From an uncultured Gemmataceae bacterium (GTDB taxonomy: Bacteria > Planctomycetota > Planctomycetia > Gemmatales > Gemmataceae), in NCBI GenBank assembly GCA_963750165.1, contig CAVVPN010000003.1, forward strand, positions 3,264,001 to 3,328,000: 64,000 bases of DNA. Reading direction: 5' to 3'. Shown in pieces: positions 11,867-29,675 of the stretch (position 1 is the stretch's first letter; every line of letters begins with the position of its first letter). The notes under the pieces were generated by a model. The model saw nothing but the letters and a program-made list of their open reading frames with translations, was not told the DNA's origin and did not search any database. The position numbers were made by a program, and so were the translations under genes.

Positions 11867-13906
11867 ATGTCGCACTGCAGCCCCTGGCGTCCCGTCCGTG
11901 GGCCGCGCCCCGTGCCGTTCCGTCCCTGGCTGGAAGCGCTTGAGGCCCGCACCCTGCCCAACAACCGTTTCGTGGTGCCGCTCGGCACCGCCATCGACAA
12001 CGCCACCACCTTCGGCACCCTGCACGCGGCGCTGACCACCGGCGTCCACAGCGCCGGCGAGGTCATTCAGATTGAGCCGGGTTCCCACCCCGGCGTCGTC
12101 GGCAACGCCGACCTGACGGCCCCGGGCGTGGCCAACCTCACCATCCAGGGCGACCCGAACGCGCCGCTGACCGCCATCCCGACGTTCACCGTCAGCAACG
12201 TGGTGACCATCGGCAGCGCCGAGTCGGGCTTCACACTCAAGAACGTCAACGTCGAACTGATGACGGCCGCCAGCTTTTCCTTCGACAGCTCCACCACCAT
12301 CACCGGCTCGGCCATCGTCAGCTACTCCGGCCCCCCCACCTCGATCTTCTTCGTCCCCGGGACGGCCAACAACGTCGTCAACACCGTCACCGACTCGACG
12401 CTGGCCTCGCTGGACGGCGGCATCATGGTGCTGGTCGATCTGGCCAACGGCGACGGCAGCGGCGACAGCAACGTCTTCAGCAATGACGTGTTCGAGATGG
12501 CCAGCCCCTCCGCCAACGGCGAGTACCTCCTGGACTACACCAGCGGCGGCAGCCCGACGGTGCCGACGCCCGCGGACCAGGTGGTCAACAACACCTTCCT
12601 GGCCGCCCCCGGGCAGGACCTCTTCGCCATGTTCTACGACAGCGGCAACGCCAGCGGCCTGACGGTACAGGGCAACACCTTCAGCGACTCCGACACGAAG
12701 ACCATCGGCATCGAGCTGAACCACGGCGGCGACCTCGCGACCCAGAGCACGAACGTGATCGGCAATACGCTGCGGCTGACGGGCACGAGCGCGGTCGGCA
12801 TCAGCGTCAGCGGCGGCGCCGCCGGCTCGACCACCAGCGCCGTGCTGCTCAACAACCAGATCAGCACCAGCACGGGGCCGAACGGCGGCACGGGATTGCT
12901 GCTCAACGCGGGGTCGGTGGCGGGGGCCGTGGTGGGCGTTACGGCCCAGGGCAACGACTTCCACGACAACACCATCGGCGTCCACGCGACGGTGCAGAGC
13001 TTCACGAGCCCGGCGGTCTTCGGCGCGGACCTCGGCGGCGGCGGCCAGAGCGGCGGCGGCAACGATTTCCGCCTCCTCGGCCCCGCCAACTCCACCCAGG
13101 GGCCACTGGTCGTCACGGGCACCAACCCCTCCGTCCCGGTCACCATCGTGGCCGAGCACGACACCTTCAGTAACACGCCGCCGCTCTCGTTCGTTCAGGG
13201 CGGGCTGATCCACGTGACGGCGGACACGTCGAACGCGCTGTCGGCCAACGCCGCCTTCGTCGAGACGCTGTACGAGAACGAGTTGCACCGTTTCGGCGCC
13301 ACCACCAACCCCAACGACGCCGGCTACTGGGTGAATGTCCTCAACGCCAACACCATGACACCGGCGCAGGTGGCTGCCGCCATCAGCCACACGCCGGAGG
13401 CGCTTGGTGTGGTGGTCGATGGCCTGTATCTGAAGTTCCTGAACCGCGCCGCCGACCCCAACGGCCGGGCCGGGCTGGTCAATTACCTGAAGAACGGCGG
13501 CACCATTGAGCAGGTCATTGTCAGCCTGGTCACCTCGGCGGAGTACGCGGCGGACGTGGGCGGCACCGATTACGGCTACATCGAGTCCCTGTACGTCAAG
13601 CTGCTGGGCCGCACCGGCTCCAACGCCGAGGTATCGGGCTGGCTGGCGGCGTTGCCGATGCAGGGACGCTCCGGTGTGGCCAACGCCCTGCTGGTCTCGG
13701 CGGAGTTCCGTGGCGACGCGGCGCAGCAGTTCTACGGCTTCACCCTGGCGGCGCCGGCGTCGGTGCTGAGTCTGCTGCCGCCGCTGCTGCACCGCACCAC
13801 AGCGCCGTCGGCTGCCGACATCACCAGCTGGGTCAACTCGGGGCTGGACGTGCTGAGCATGGCGGTCGCGTTCGCCCAGACCGGGGAGTATTTCAGCAAC
13901 GGCTGA
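11867..13906 (+). CDS. Exported surface protein: planctomycete LEARTL motif, parallel beta-helix, C-terminal DUF4214-like repeats
   Basis: RPWLEALEARTLP. Repeated xxGNTF/NNTF/GNDF beta-helix turns. LYLKFLNRAADPNG, LYVKLLGRTG..SAEF repeats. Confidence 0.8.
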   Translation: MSHCSPWRPVRGPRPVPFRPWLEALEARTLPNNRFVVPLGTAIDNATTFGTLHAALTTGVHSAGEVIQIEPGSHPGVVGNADLTAPGVANLTIQGDPNAPLTAIPTFTVSNVVTIGSAESGFTLKNVNVELMTAASFSFDSSTTITGSAIVSYSGPPTSIFFVPGTANNVVNTVTDSTLASLDGGIMVLVDLANGDGSGDSNVFSNDVFEMASPSANGEYLLDYTSGGSPTVPTPADQVVNNTFLAAPGQDLFAMFYDSGNASGLTVQGNTFSDSDTKTIGIELNHGGDLATQSTNVIGNTLRLTGTSAVGISVSGGAAGSTTSAVLLNNQISTSTGPNGGTGLLLNAGSVAGAVVGVTAQGNDFHDNTIGVHATVQSFTSPAVFGADLGGGGQSGGGNDFRLLGPANSTQGPLVVTGTNPSVPVTIVAEHDTFSNTPPLSFVQGGLIHVTADTSNALSANAAFVETLYENELHRFGATTNPNDAGYWVNVLNANTMTPAQVAAAISHTPEALGVVVDGLYLKFLNRAADPNGRAGLVNYLKNGGTIEQVIVSLVTSAEYAADVGGTDYGYIESLYVKLLGRTGSNAEVSGWLAALPMQGRSGVANALLVSAEFRGDAAQQFYGFTLAAPASVLSLLPPLLHRTTAPSAADITSWVNSGLDVLSMAVAFAQTGEYFSNG

Positions 13907-13996
13907 GGCGCCTGAGGGGGGTCGCGTCAGCGCCCCGTGGTCGCGCACGGGGCGCTGACGCGCACGGGGCGCTGACGCGACCCCCCTCAGGCGCCT
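13906..13996. repeat. Long GC-rich palindrome between the tandem paralogs, with an internal 17-bp duplication
   Basis: AGGCGCCTGAGGGGGGTCGCGTCAGCGCCCCGTG ... CACGGGGCGCTGACGCG x2 ACCCCCCTCAGGCGCCT. Confidence 0.8.
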
Positions 13997-14037
13997 ACAA
14001 CAGCCGCAGCCCCGTCGCACATTTTTCGGAGGCCGCC

Positions 14038-15990
14038 ATGCCACACCGCATCGCCGCGCGCCCCGCCCTGTACCGCCCCCGCCTGGAAGTGCTCGAAGCC
14101 CGCACCCTGCTCAACAACCGTTTCGTGCTGCCGCTGGGCGTGCCCGTCGATAACACGACCACGTTCACCACCCTGCAGGCCGCGCTCGCGACCGCCGGCC
14201 TGACCGCTGGCGACACCATCCAGATCGAACCCGGTTCCGCCCCCGGCAACGTCACCGCCATGGCGCCGCCCGTGGCCAGCCTGACCATCCAGGGCGACCC
14301 GAACGCGCCGCCCGGCGCCATCCCGCTGTTCACCATCAGTGGCCCCTTCACCGCCGTGCCGGGCCTGGGCCGCTTCACGCTGAAGAACGTCAACGCCGGC
14401 CTGGTGGACAGCGGCGCCCTCACGATTCAGGCCAACTTTACGCTCACCAACTCCGTGCTCGTGGACATCAACTCTACCAGCACGCTGCCCATCACCCTGT
14501 CGGGCGGCGCCAACGTGGTCACCGGCTCGACGGTGGTGAACGACGTCACCGTCAGCAACGGCATGCTGACCGTCGAAACGCCCGCCGGCGGCAGCAGCAA
14601 CCTGTTCAGCGGCGATACGTTCGTGGTGAACGCCTTCAGCAACGACGAGTTCGGTTACGCCGACGGCTCCGCCGCCACCGTCACCGACCAGGTGATCGGC
14701 AACACCTTCCTTGTCAGCCCGGGGGCATCCGCGAACTCACTGCTGACGGTGGAGGAATCGCTCACCAACCTGACCATCGCGGACAACACCTTCTCCGGGC
14801 CTGGCTCCACGGGCATCTACCAGGTGCCGTTCTTCTACCCGCAGAACCTGCAGATCGTCGGCAACACGCTGCGGTTGACGGCCGCGTCAGCGATTGACAT
14901 CGACCTGCAGGGCGGCGGACCCAACAGCAGCGTCAGCGCCGTCGTCGCCAACAACCAGATCAGCACCAACGGCACGAACGGCTACGGGCTGCGCTTCGAC
15001 CTGAGTGCCGCGGCGACGGGGGCGTTGAACGTCAAGGTCCAGGGCAACGACTTCCACGACAACGCCTTCGGCATCGAAATCGGCGGCGCGACGGGGCCGG
15101 CCGGCGGTATTGACCTGGGCGGCGGCAACCAGGGCAGCCTCGGCGACAACGACTTCCGCGGTTTCACCGTTCCCAACATGCCGAGCAACGTCGCCATCCA
15201 GGTGGCCGGGGTGGCGCTGTCCCAGGGGACCGTCCGGGCCCAGCACAACGCCTTCGCCGGCAGTGTCACGCCCGCCAGCGTGGTCTCGGACCCGAACCAC
15301 AACCTGAACCTGGCCAACCCGCTGTCCGCCAACGCGGCGTTCGTGGCGGCGCTGTACAACGACTTCCTCAAGCGCGCCGGCGACACTACCAATGCGAACG
15401 ACGCCGGCGGCTGGGTCACCGCCCTGAACGGCAACACGATGACGCCGGCGCAGGTGGCGGCGGCCATCAGCAAGACGCCGGAGGCGCTGGGCGTGGTCGT
15501 GGACGGCCTGTACCAGAAGTTGCTGAACCGGGCCGCGGACCCCAACGGCCGGGCGGAGTTGGTCACCTACCTGAGCAACGGCGGCACGCTGGAGCAGGTG
15601 GTGGACAGCCTGGTCACCTCGGCGGAGTACGCGGCCGACACGGGGGGCACCGACTTCGGCTTTGTGGAGTCGCTGTACGTCAAGCTGCTGGGCCGCACCG
15701 GCTCCAACGCCGAGGTGGCCTACTTCCTGTCGCAGTTGCCGGGCGGCGGCCGGGCGGGCGTGGCCAATGTCATCCTGTACTCGGCGGAGTTCCGCGGCGA
15801 CGCGGCGCAGCAGTTCTACGGCTTCGCGACGCCGCCGGCGATGTCGCTGCTGAGTGCGCTGCCGCCACTCCTGCACCGCACGACGGCGCCGTCAGCAGGG
15901 GACATCACCAGCTGGGTCAACTCCGGCCTGGCCGTGCTGAGCATGGCGTCCGTCTTCGCCGAAACGCAGGAGTTCTTCACCAACGGCTGA
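14038..15990 (+). CDS. Paralog of the preceding surface beta-helix/DUF4214-like protein
   Basis: RPRLEVLEARTLL, same architecture; C-terminal ~220 aa highly similar to 11867..13906. Confidence 0.8.
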   Translation: MPHRIAARPALYRPRLEVLEARTLLNNRFVLPLGVPVDNTTTFTTLQAALATAGLTAGDTIQIEPGSAPGNVTAMAPPVASLTIQGDPNAPPGAIPLFTISGPFTAVPGLGRFTLKNVNAGLVDSGALTIQANFTLTNSVLVDINSTSTLPITLSGGANVVTGSTVVNDVTVSNGMLTVETPAGGSSNLFSGDTFVVNAFSNDEFGYADGSAATVTDQVIGNTFLVSPGASANSLLTVEESLTNLTIADNTFSGPGSTGIYQVPFFYPQNLQIVGNTLRLTAASAIDIDLQGGGPNSSVSAVVANNQISTNGTNGYGLRFDLSAAATGALNVKVQGNDFHDNAFGIEIGGATGPAGGIDLGGGNQGSLGDNDFRGFTVPNMPSNVAIQVAGVALSQGTVRAQHNAFAGSVTPASVVSDPNHNLNLANPLSANAAFVAALYNDFLKRAGDTTNANDAGGWVTALNGNTMTPAQVAAAISKTPEALGVVVDGLYQKLLNRAADPNGRAELVTYLSNGGTLEQVVDSLVTSAEYAADTGGTDFGFVESLYVKLLGRTGSNAEVAYFLSQLPGGGRAGVANVILYSAEFRGDAAQQFYGFATPPAMSLLSALPPLLHRTTAPSAGDITSWVNSGLAVLSMASVFAETQEFFTNG

Positions 15991-16294
15991 GGTATCGGGG
16001 AGCGTATGTTAGCCCAGCCGTTGTCTGGATCATCTAAGGGAATTCCCAATACGCAATGGGATCACTACCGGCGCTCAGAATCCAATAACCGGAACCAAGC
16101 GAGTCAACTCCTTAACAACGCCCGGCGTTGCCGAAATGTTGGGCAGTAACGGCCGGCACTGCACTGCTCAATTCGATGGGAATCAAAGCTCCCATTTTGA
16201 AGCGCGGCCATTGAGATTCCAAATCCTTCTCTGCTGTGGCAGGCCACGCCAACCGGTGCCTGACTGTGCCCCCTCGGTAGTGCCAGGGGGTGAC

Positions 16295-16351
16295 ATCTCG
16301 ACGTGTAAAAAAGTTGGCATTCTTGGCCCCCTTGGCCCCCTTGCTGTGGCA
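16295..16351 (+). repeat. Dispersed element family B, copy 1
   Basis: ATCTCGACGTGTAAAAAAG(TTGGCNNNC)3TTGCTGTGGCA; 51/57 identical by hand alignment to 43892..43948. Confidence 0.8.
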
Positions 16352-16497
16352 ACCGCTGCCGGCCGGCGACGAGCCGGGACACGTCATGGCGCCGCCCCAT
16401 CGCGGCGGGCTTTCTTGCGGGAGCGCAGGCGGATTGAGCAACTTGTTGCGCAACCCGGAATCTTGCCAATGGGAGTCCCAATCTTTCATTCTTCTGA

Positions 16498-16526
16498 TTG
16501 CTCGCCGCTTCCTCAGGCAGTATACT
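16498..16526 (+). promoter_or_regulatory. Sigma70-like promoter upstream of the poly-HAMP kinase
   Basis: TTGCTC-N17-TATACT, ~155 bp before ATG 16681. Confidence 0.5.
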
Positions 16527-16680
16527 TCTAACACATCATTAGTCACCCCGGGAGGAAGTTAACACTTCCGCGGAAAGTCTCACCGGTGGCGGGCTCCCAT
16601 GAAGAACCTCCTCGTCTCGACCTCGGAAACGCATGCCCCGCTGCCGATTCGATGAAGGTCGCCCCTGGTCGGAGAAGCAC

Positions 16681-23831
<7,151 letters not shown>

Positions 23832-23835
<4 letters not shown>

Positions 23836-23923
23836 TCATTAGTCATTAGTCATTAGTACGGGGCACCCGCTTCGGACCAATGACCAATGACCAATGACTA
23901 ATGACTGATGACTAATGACTGAC
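23832..23923. repeat. Inverted heptamer tandem-repeat element spanning the stop of one kinase and the start of the next
   Basis: (TAGTCAT)3 ... (CAATGAC)3 TAATGAC TGATGAC TAATGAC; contains TAG 23833-35 and ATG 23915. Confidence 0.85.
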
Positions 23924-26058
23924 AAGATCAACATCCTGGTGGTGGACGACCTGCCGGAAAAGCTGCTGGTGCTACAGTCCGTCCTGGAGGAACTGGGGCA
24001 GAACGTCATCACCGCACGCTCGGGCGAGGAAGCGCTGCGCAAGGTCCTGGAACACAAGTTCGCCGTCATCCTGCTCGACGTGAACATGCCGGGCATGGAC
24101 GGCCTGGAAACCGCCGCCCTCATCCGCGGCCGCAAGAAGTCGGCGCACACGCCCATCATCTTCGTCACCGCCTTCGCCGATGAAATGCACACCGCCCAGG
24201 GCTACGAGTTGGGCGCCGTCGATTACATCCTGTCGCCGATCGTGCCGGAAGTGTTGCGCACCAAGGTCCGCGTCTTCGTCGAGCTGTTCCGCATGACGCA
24301 GCAGGCCCACCGCCAGGCCGACGAGCGCGTCGCCCTGGCGCGGCGCAGGCGGCCCGCGCCGCCGCCGAGGAGGCCACGCGCCGCTCCGCCTTCCTGGCCG
24401 AGGCCAGCACCGTCCTGGCCAACTCGCTCGACTTCGACGCCACCGTGCGCGGCCTGCTCCAACTGGTGGTGCCGTTCCTCGGCGACCTGGCCGCGGTCAC
24501 GCTCGCCAGCGAGGCCGGACTGCCCTGGCGCAGTCAGTTCGCTTACCTGTTGCTGGACGACGGCGGCCTGCACCAGGGCGCACTTACCGCCGCCGAAGGG
24601 CCGCAGGATGAACTGCGGACCGCCGTGGAGCGCGTGCTGACCGGCGGCCGGGCCGAGACGCTGGATCGACCGCGTCGGTTGTCCGTGGTCCGTGGTCCGT
24701 CGCCAGGGGCGGGAGCGACGGACCACGGACCACGGACCAGGGACGAAATCGAATTGCACACAGCCGTCGTCCTGCCGCTGCTGGCCCGCGGCCGCACACT
24801 CGGGGCGCTGACGCTGGCCCACGGCCCTTCCGGGCGCCACTTCACACCGGCCGAGTTGTCCCTGGCCGAAGACCTCGCCGGCCGCGCTGCCATCGCCCTG
24901 GACAACGCCCGGCTGTACCGCGACATCCAGCAGGCCGACCGCCACAAGAACGAATTCCTGTCCATGCTGGCGCACGAGCTGCGCAACCCGCTGGCGCCCA
25001 TCCGCAATGCCGTGCAGATTCTTCGCCTCAAGTGCGCCCACGACCCGGAGTTGACGCAGATCCGCGACCTGATCGACCGCCAGGTGCAGCAGCTCATCCG
25101 GCTGGTGGACGACCTGCTGGACATCTCGCGCATCACCCGCGGCAAAATCCGCCTGCAAACCGAGCCGGTGGATGTGGCCACAGTGGTCACCCGCGCCGTC
25201 GAGACCAACCGGCCGCTGATCGACACCCGCCGCCACGAGTTGACGGTGACGCTGCCGGTCGAGTCGCTGCGCGTCGAGGGCGACCTGGTACGGCTGGCCC
25301 AGGTGCTCGGCAACCTGCTCAACAACGCGGCCAAGTATACCGAGGACGGCGGCCACATCTGGCTGACGGCGGAGCGCGACGGCACCGAGGCAGTGCTGCG
25401 CGTGCGCGATACCGGTGTGGGCATTCCACCGGACATGCTGGCCTCCATCTTCGAGTTGTTCACGCAGGTCGATCGGACGCTGGACCGCAGCCAGGGCGGT
25501 TTGGGCATCGGCCTGACACTGGTGCGGCGGCTGGTGGAGATGCACGGCGGCCGCGTCCAGGTCCACAGCGAGGGCCCCGGCCAGGGCGCCGAGTTCGTCG
25601 TCCGGCTGCCGGCGCTGGTGGGAGAGCGGCGGTCGGTGGCGACGGCCAACGGCATCGTCAGTTCGCTGGCGCGGTGCGGCCCGGTGCGCGTGTTGGTGGT
25701 GGACGACAACCACGATGCGGCCGACAGCCTGGCACTGCTGCTGCGGCTGGGGGGCCACGAGGTGCGCATCTGCCACGACGGCGCCACGGCGGTCGCGGTC
25801 GCGGCGGCGGATCGGCCGCGGCTGGTGCTGCTGGACATCGGCCTGCCCGGCATGGACGGCTACGCGGTGGCGCGCCAGCTGCGCCAGCTGCCCGAGCTGG
25901 CCGGCACGGTGCTGGTGGCGCTGACCGGCTACGGCCAGGCAGAGGACGTGCGCCGCTCGCACGAGGCCGGCTTCGACCACCACCTCGTCAAGCCCGCCGA
26001 CCCGGAGACGCTGGTCAACCTGTTTGCCTCGCTCGAACGCGCCGCGTCGGTTTCGTGA
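23915..26058 (+). CDS. Hybrid REC-GAF-histidine kinase-REC protein, apparent frameshift near 24343
   Basis: ILVVDD..LLDVNMP; AIALDNARLY; AHELRNPL; NNAAKYT; GGLGIGL; C-terminal LLDIGLP..HHLVKP. One added G gives ALARAQAARAAAEE. Confidence 0.9.
24681..24737. repeat. Inverted heptamer (GTCCGTG) palindrome, 57 bp, inside the kinase GAF region
   Basis: Perfect 23-bp arms GTCCGTGGTCCGTGGTCCGTCGC / GCGACGGACCACGGACCACGGAC with an 11-nt loop. Confidence 0.85.
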
Positions 26059-26084
26059 GCCCTTCCCTGTGCCCGTTCGTTGTG

Positions 26085-26177
26085 TTATCCTGAAGGAAGT
26101 GTGCCACGGAGGGCTTGCGTCTCATATCATTTCACACACCCCCTTCGGCCAGTCGGGTGAGCGTGGATTCCCTACCC
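26085..26177 (+). ncRNA. Dispersed element family A, copy 2 (diverged)
   Basis: TATCCT..GTGCCACGGAGGGCTTGCGTCTCATATCATTTCACACACCCC..GGGTG..GATTCCCTACCC. Confidence 0.4.
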
Positions 26178-26385
26178 ATAGGGCAGCACATTTTCCGTGA
26201 AACCATGCAACTCTGAATCCCTTTCGCACATTGCATGCTCTAACTACTGCGGGACTTTCGACGACCAGGAAGCGTTTGCCGGGGCCCTGGACCGCGTGAC
26301 TCCCGCCGGACAACCTTGCCGGCCGCCTGCTCGTCAGGCACCGGCTCATGAGTATTGGCAAAGCATCACCCGAGAAGGAGTGTTT

Positions 26386-26874
26386 ATGTTGTACCAGCAA
26401 GACGGCGACCTGGTCCGTGCCGCCGACCAGGAACTGCAGACGAACGCCACGCCCGCAGCGCCCTCTCCGGTGGAGCCGGTGGCGGCGGACGTGGGCGCCG
26501 CGGTCGAGGCGAACGGCGATGCCGTGGCGACGCCGAGTCGCTATGCCGAGGCAGGCCGCAAGGGGGCGCGCCGCATTCACGAGCTGATTCAAGAGGGACG
26601 GTTGTATGAGCAGGAGCACGGCCTGAAACGCGGCCGGCAGCGCATCCGCCAGTTGATCGAGTTGGGCAAACTCTATGAGGAGGAGCACGGACTGCGGCCC
26701 GTCCAGTGCGCGACGCTGGCCGACCGCGTGGCCCAACTGAGCGAGGAGGACGCGCTACAGACGTTCCTGCACGCCCTGCTGCCGCTGGTGAAGCCCGGCT
26801 ACCGCGGCCGGCTGCTGGAGGTGCTCCAGGGACTGGACGTGGCCGCCGTGAAAGAGGTGGCGCAGGCGTCGTGA
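26386..26874 (+). CDS. Hypothetical protein with a KGG-like motif and an internal tandem repeat
   Basis: AAGGAG RBS; YAEAGRKG; repeat RIHELIQEGRLYEQEHGLK / RIRQLIELGKLYEEEHGLR. Confidence 0.7.
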   Translation: MLYQQDGDLVRAADQELQTNATPAAPSPVEPVAADVGAAVEANGDAVATPSRYAEAGRKGARRIHELIQEGRLYEQEHGLKRGRQRIRQLIELGKLYEEEHGLRPVQCATLADRVAQLSEEDALQTFLHALLPLVKPGYRGRLLEVLQGLDVAAVKEVAQAS

Positions 26875-27104
26875 AGCTCGTGGCCTTCGTTGGCGTTCAT
26901 GGGACGTTCAGCCTTTGCTGAATGTCCCATTTCGTTTTCCGAAGGCGAACCGTTCCGGTCACGGGGCGCGCACATGATGCAGGCTCCGGGGCGTCAATCT
27001 CCCACCAGAGATATTGCCCGCGGCACCTGGCGGACGTACCCGGCCTCTGGTACGATCCTGGCAGCACGGTTCCCGAAAACGCCACTCAAGGACCGAGGCC
27101 AATC

Positions 27105-28559
27105 ATGAGCATCGCCAGCACGCGAATCGGAACGCTGTCCGTCCTTCTTGCCTGGGCGTGCGTGACCCAGGCGACGTTCAGCCAGGACCAGAAAACCCCG
27201 CCGCCCAAACCCACCGAACAGCCCGCCCCGAAACTCGACGCCGCCACGGTTCGCCAGCTGGTGGAAGACCTCAAGAGCGGCGAGTTCAAGAAGCGGGACC
27301 GGGCGACGCGCGAGCTGTCCAAACTGGACGAGGTGCCGGACGCCCTGCGCGAGCTGAGCAACAAGGGCGACCTGGAGGCGCGCCGCCGGGCACAGGCCAT
27401 CGTGGGCGTCATCACGGTCCGCCTGGAGGAAAAAGCCTTCCAGGCGATGCTCGCCGACGTGCAGAAGATCGAACTGGATCGTCTCATCCGCCGCCTGGTC
27501 GCCAAGCCGAACGCGCCCGGCGACCGGGAGTGGGACTTGCTGCAGGCCGTGGTCCGGTCGGTGACGAAGCGGGCGAACGACCTGGGCGGCCGGCAGTTCG
27601 GGCCGCCCGTGCTGGACCCGAAAGCACTGCCGCTGCACAAGCCCGGCAACATCGCGGCCAACAAACAGCGCGTGCTGGTGCCTGGCCCGGACCTGAAGCT
27701 GGTGAGTGTGCAGGACTCCGTGGTGCTGTGCGTCGGGCCGACGCCGCGGATGGCCGGCGTGAGCAATTCGATCATCATCGTGGATGGCGATTTCACCGGC
27801 GTCACCAGCCTGACCAATTCGCTACTGATCGTCCGCGGCAACGTCGGACGGATGACCGGCGTGCGCAACAGCATTATCCTGGCCACCGGGAATTTCGTGG
27901 GCGCCACCGTCTGTGACGACAGCTTCCTCCAGGTGAACAACCAGCGTATTCGCTTCACCGGCTCCAAGAACTGCCTGCTGGTCAAGACGCAGGTGCGCAC
28001 GACCGGGCAGACCAACAGCCAGGTTCTGGAAACCGACCGCGGCCCGCTGCAACTGCTGAAATTCAGTGCGCGGCCGGCCGACGCCCAGCTCCACTGGGGC
28101 AAGGAGGTCAACGGCCTGGCCCTCGCCATTACGGCGACCGACCAGCCGGACAAAATCCTCCTCCGCTGGAAGAACGTCGGGAAAGAATGGATTACCATCC
28201 CAGGAACCCGGCGGCACGGAGACCTCATCGACCGGAACGCCGATGACCTGCTGGGGCAGGTCGCGTTAAAAGGCCCCGACGGCAAACTCGTGGCCGCCCG
28301 GAAATACGAGCCCCCGGCGCGCCCCGGCCTGCCGACGTTCCTCAACGACATCCTGCTCGGTCCTGGACAGACCCACGAGGAAATCATCGATGTGTGGGCT
28401 TACGTCCAGAGGCCGATGGCAGGCGGGGCCTATCAGCTGTCGATCCAGTTGGACATGCCCGGGGGCCGCCGCCGTCTGGAGACGGACGCGAAAGCCTGGA
28501 CTGGGAAAGTCGAGTCCAACGTGATCGGCCTCCAACTGGATGCCGCGGGCGGCCGCTGA
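27105..28559 (+). CDS. Exported hypothetical protein (signal peptide, HEAT-like helices, short beta-solenoid, WG..VNGL-type C-terminal domain)
   Basis: N-terminal hydrophobic stretch; repeats NSIIIVDGD/NSLLIVRGN/NSIILATGN; WGKEVNGLALAI. Confidence 0.7.
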   Translation: MSIASTRIGTLSVLLAWACVTQATFSQDQKTPPPKPTEQPAPKLDAATVRQLVEDLKSGEFKKRDRATRELSKLDEVPDALRELSNKGDLEARRRAQAIVGVITVRLEEKAFQAMLADVQKIELDRLIRRLVAKPNAPGDREWDLLQAVVRSVTKRANDLGGRQFGPPVLDPKALPLHKPGNIAANKQRVLVPGPDLKLVSVQDSVVLCVGPTPRMAGVSNSIIIVDGDFTGVTSLTNSLLIVRGNVGRMTGVRNSIILATGNFVGATVCDDSFLQVNNQRIRFTGSKNCLLVKTQVRTTGQTNSQVLETDRGPLQLLKFSARPADAQLHWGKEVNGLALAITATDQPDKILLRWKNVGKEWITIPGTRRHGDLIDRNADDLLGQVALKGPDGKLVAARKYEPPARPGLPTFLNDILLGPGQTHEEIIDVWAYVQRPMAGGAYQLSIQLDMPGGRRRLETDAKAWTGKVESNVIGLQLDAAGGR

Positions 28560-28647
28560 TCCGCGCCGTGGACGCGGCAGCGTTCGGCGGGACCGGGTAC
28601 AATCCAGACGGAGACACCTTCGTCCGGTCACAACCCCGGTGAGTTGC

Positions 28648-29622
28648 ATGAACCCCCCGCCCGCCCAAACTCTGACGGTCGCCGCCGAGCAGGCCGGCCA
28701 GACGCTCGCCGCCGTGCTGCGGGCGCTGTTGTCGGGCCAGTCCTGGAACCAGGTGCGCCGCCTGATCGAGACCCGCCACGCCCGCATCGGCGGCGAACTG
28801 GTCCTCGACCCCGCCCGCCGCGTCAAGGAGGGCGAGATTGTCGAGTTGCTCGCCCACCCCGCGCCGCCGCCGCGGCATCGCGAGACCATCAACCTCCGCT
28901 ACCTCGACACGCACCTGGTCGTCGTCGAGAAGCCGCCCGGCTTGCCGACCGTCCGCCACCCCGCCGAGCGCGACTGGGACACGCGCCGCCGCGCCCTCAA
29001 CCCGACCCTTGACGAACTGGTGGCGGCGCTGGTCGCCCAGCGCGAGGACCGGTCGCGCAAGGGGCCGCCGCCGCGGTTGCGCATCGTCCACCGTATCGAC
29101 AAGGACACCAGCGGCCTGGTGGTCTTCGCGCGCACCGTCGTGGCCGAGAGCGGCCTGGGCAAGCAGTTCAAGGCCCACACGGTCACGCGCCGCTACCTGG
29201 CGGTGGTGCCGGGCAAGGTGGCGTCGCAGCGGATCGTGTCGCGGCTGGTGCGCGACCGTGGCGACGGCCGCCGCGGCAGCACGCCGCTGGAGCATGTCCC
29301 CGGCAAGGACGCGGTGACGCACGTGGAGGTGGCCGAGCGACTGCCCGGCTACACGCTGCTGGCGTGCCGGCTGGAGACGGGTCGCACGCATCAAATCCGC
29401 ATCCACCTGGCCGAACGCGGGCACCCCATCTGCGGCGACAAGGTGTACCACCGCAAGCCCGACGGCAGCGTGCTGCCGGACGCCAGCGGCTCCCCGCGGT
29501 TGGCGCTGCACGCGGCCGAGCTGGGTTTCACGCACCCGGTCAGCGGCGAGGAGCTGCACTGGGAGATGCCGCTGCCGCCGGACTTGCAGGACTTCCTGGA
29601 CCGGCTGCGCCAGGGCGGGTAA
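28648..29622 (+). CDS. RluA/RluD-family RNA pseudouridine synthase
   Basis: S4-like N-terminus, VVEKPPGL, VHRIDKDTSG, LETGRTHQIR, LALHAAELGFTHP. Confidence 0.95.
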   Translation: MNPPPAQTLTVAAEQAGQTLAAVLRALLSGQSWNQVRRLIETRHARIGGELVLDPARRVKEGEIVELLAHPAPPPRHRETINLRYLDTHLVVVEKPPGLPTVRHPAERDWDTRRRALNPTLDELVAALVAQREDRSRKGPPPRLRIVHRIDKDTSGLVVFARTVVAESGLGKQFKAHTVTRRYLAVVPGKVASQRIVSRLVRDRGDGRRGSTPLEHVPGKDAVTHVEVAERLPGYTLLACRLETGRTHQIRIHLAERGHPICGDKVYHRKPDGSVLPDASGSPRLALHAAELGFTHPVSGEELHWEMPLPPDLQDFLDRLRQGG

Positions 29623-29675
29623 GATCAAATCCAGACGTGCTCATCCATTCACCCTTGGCCCCGGGGGCAAATCGC

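Noticed and set aside
16314..16345. TTGGC..TTGC in element B as a sigma54 promoter
   Set aside because: GG-to-GC spacing is 7 or 16 nt, not the required 10.
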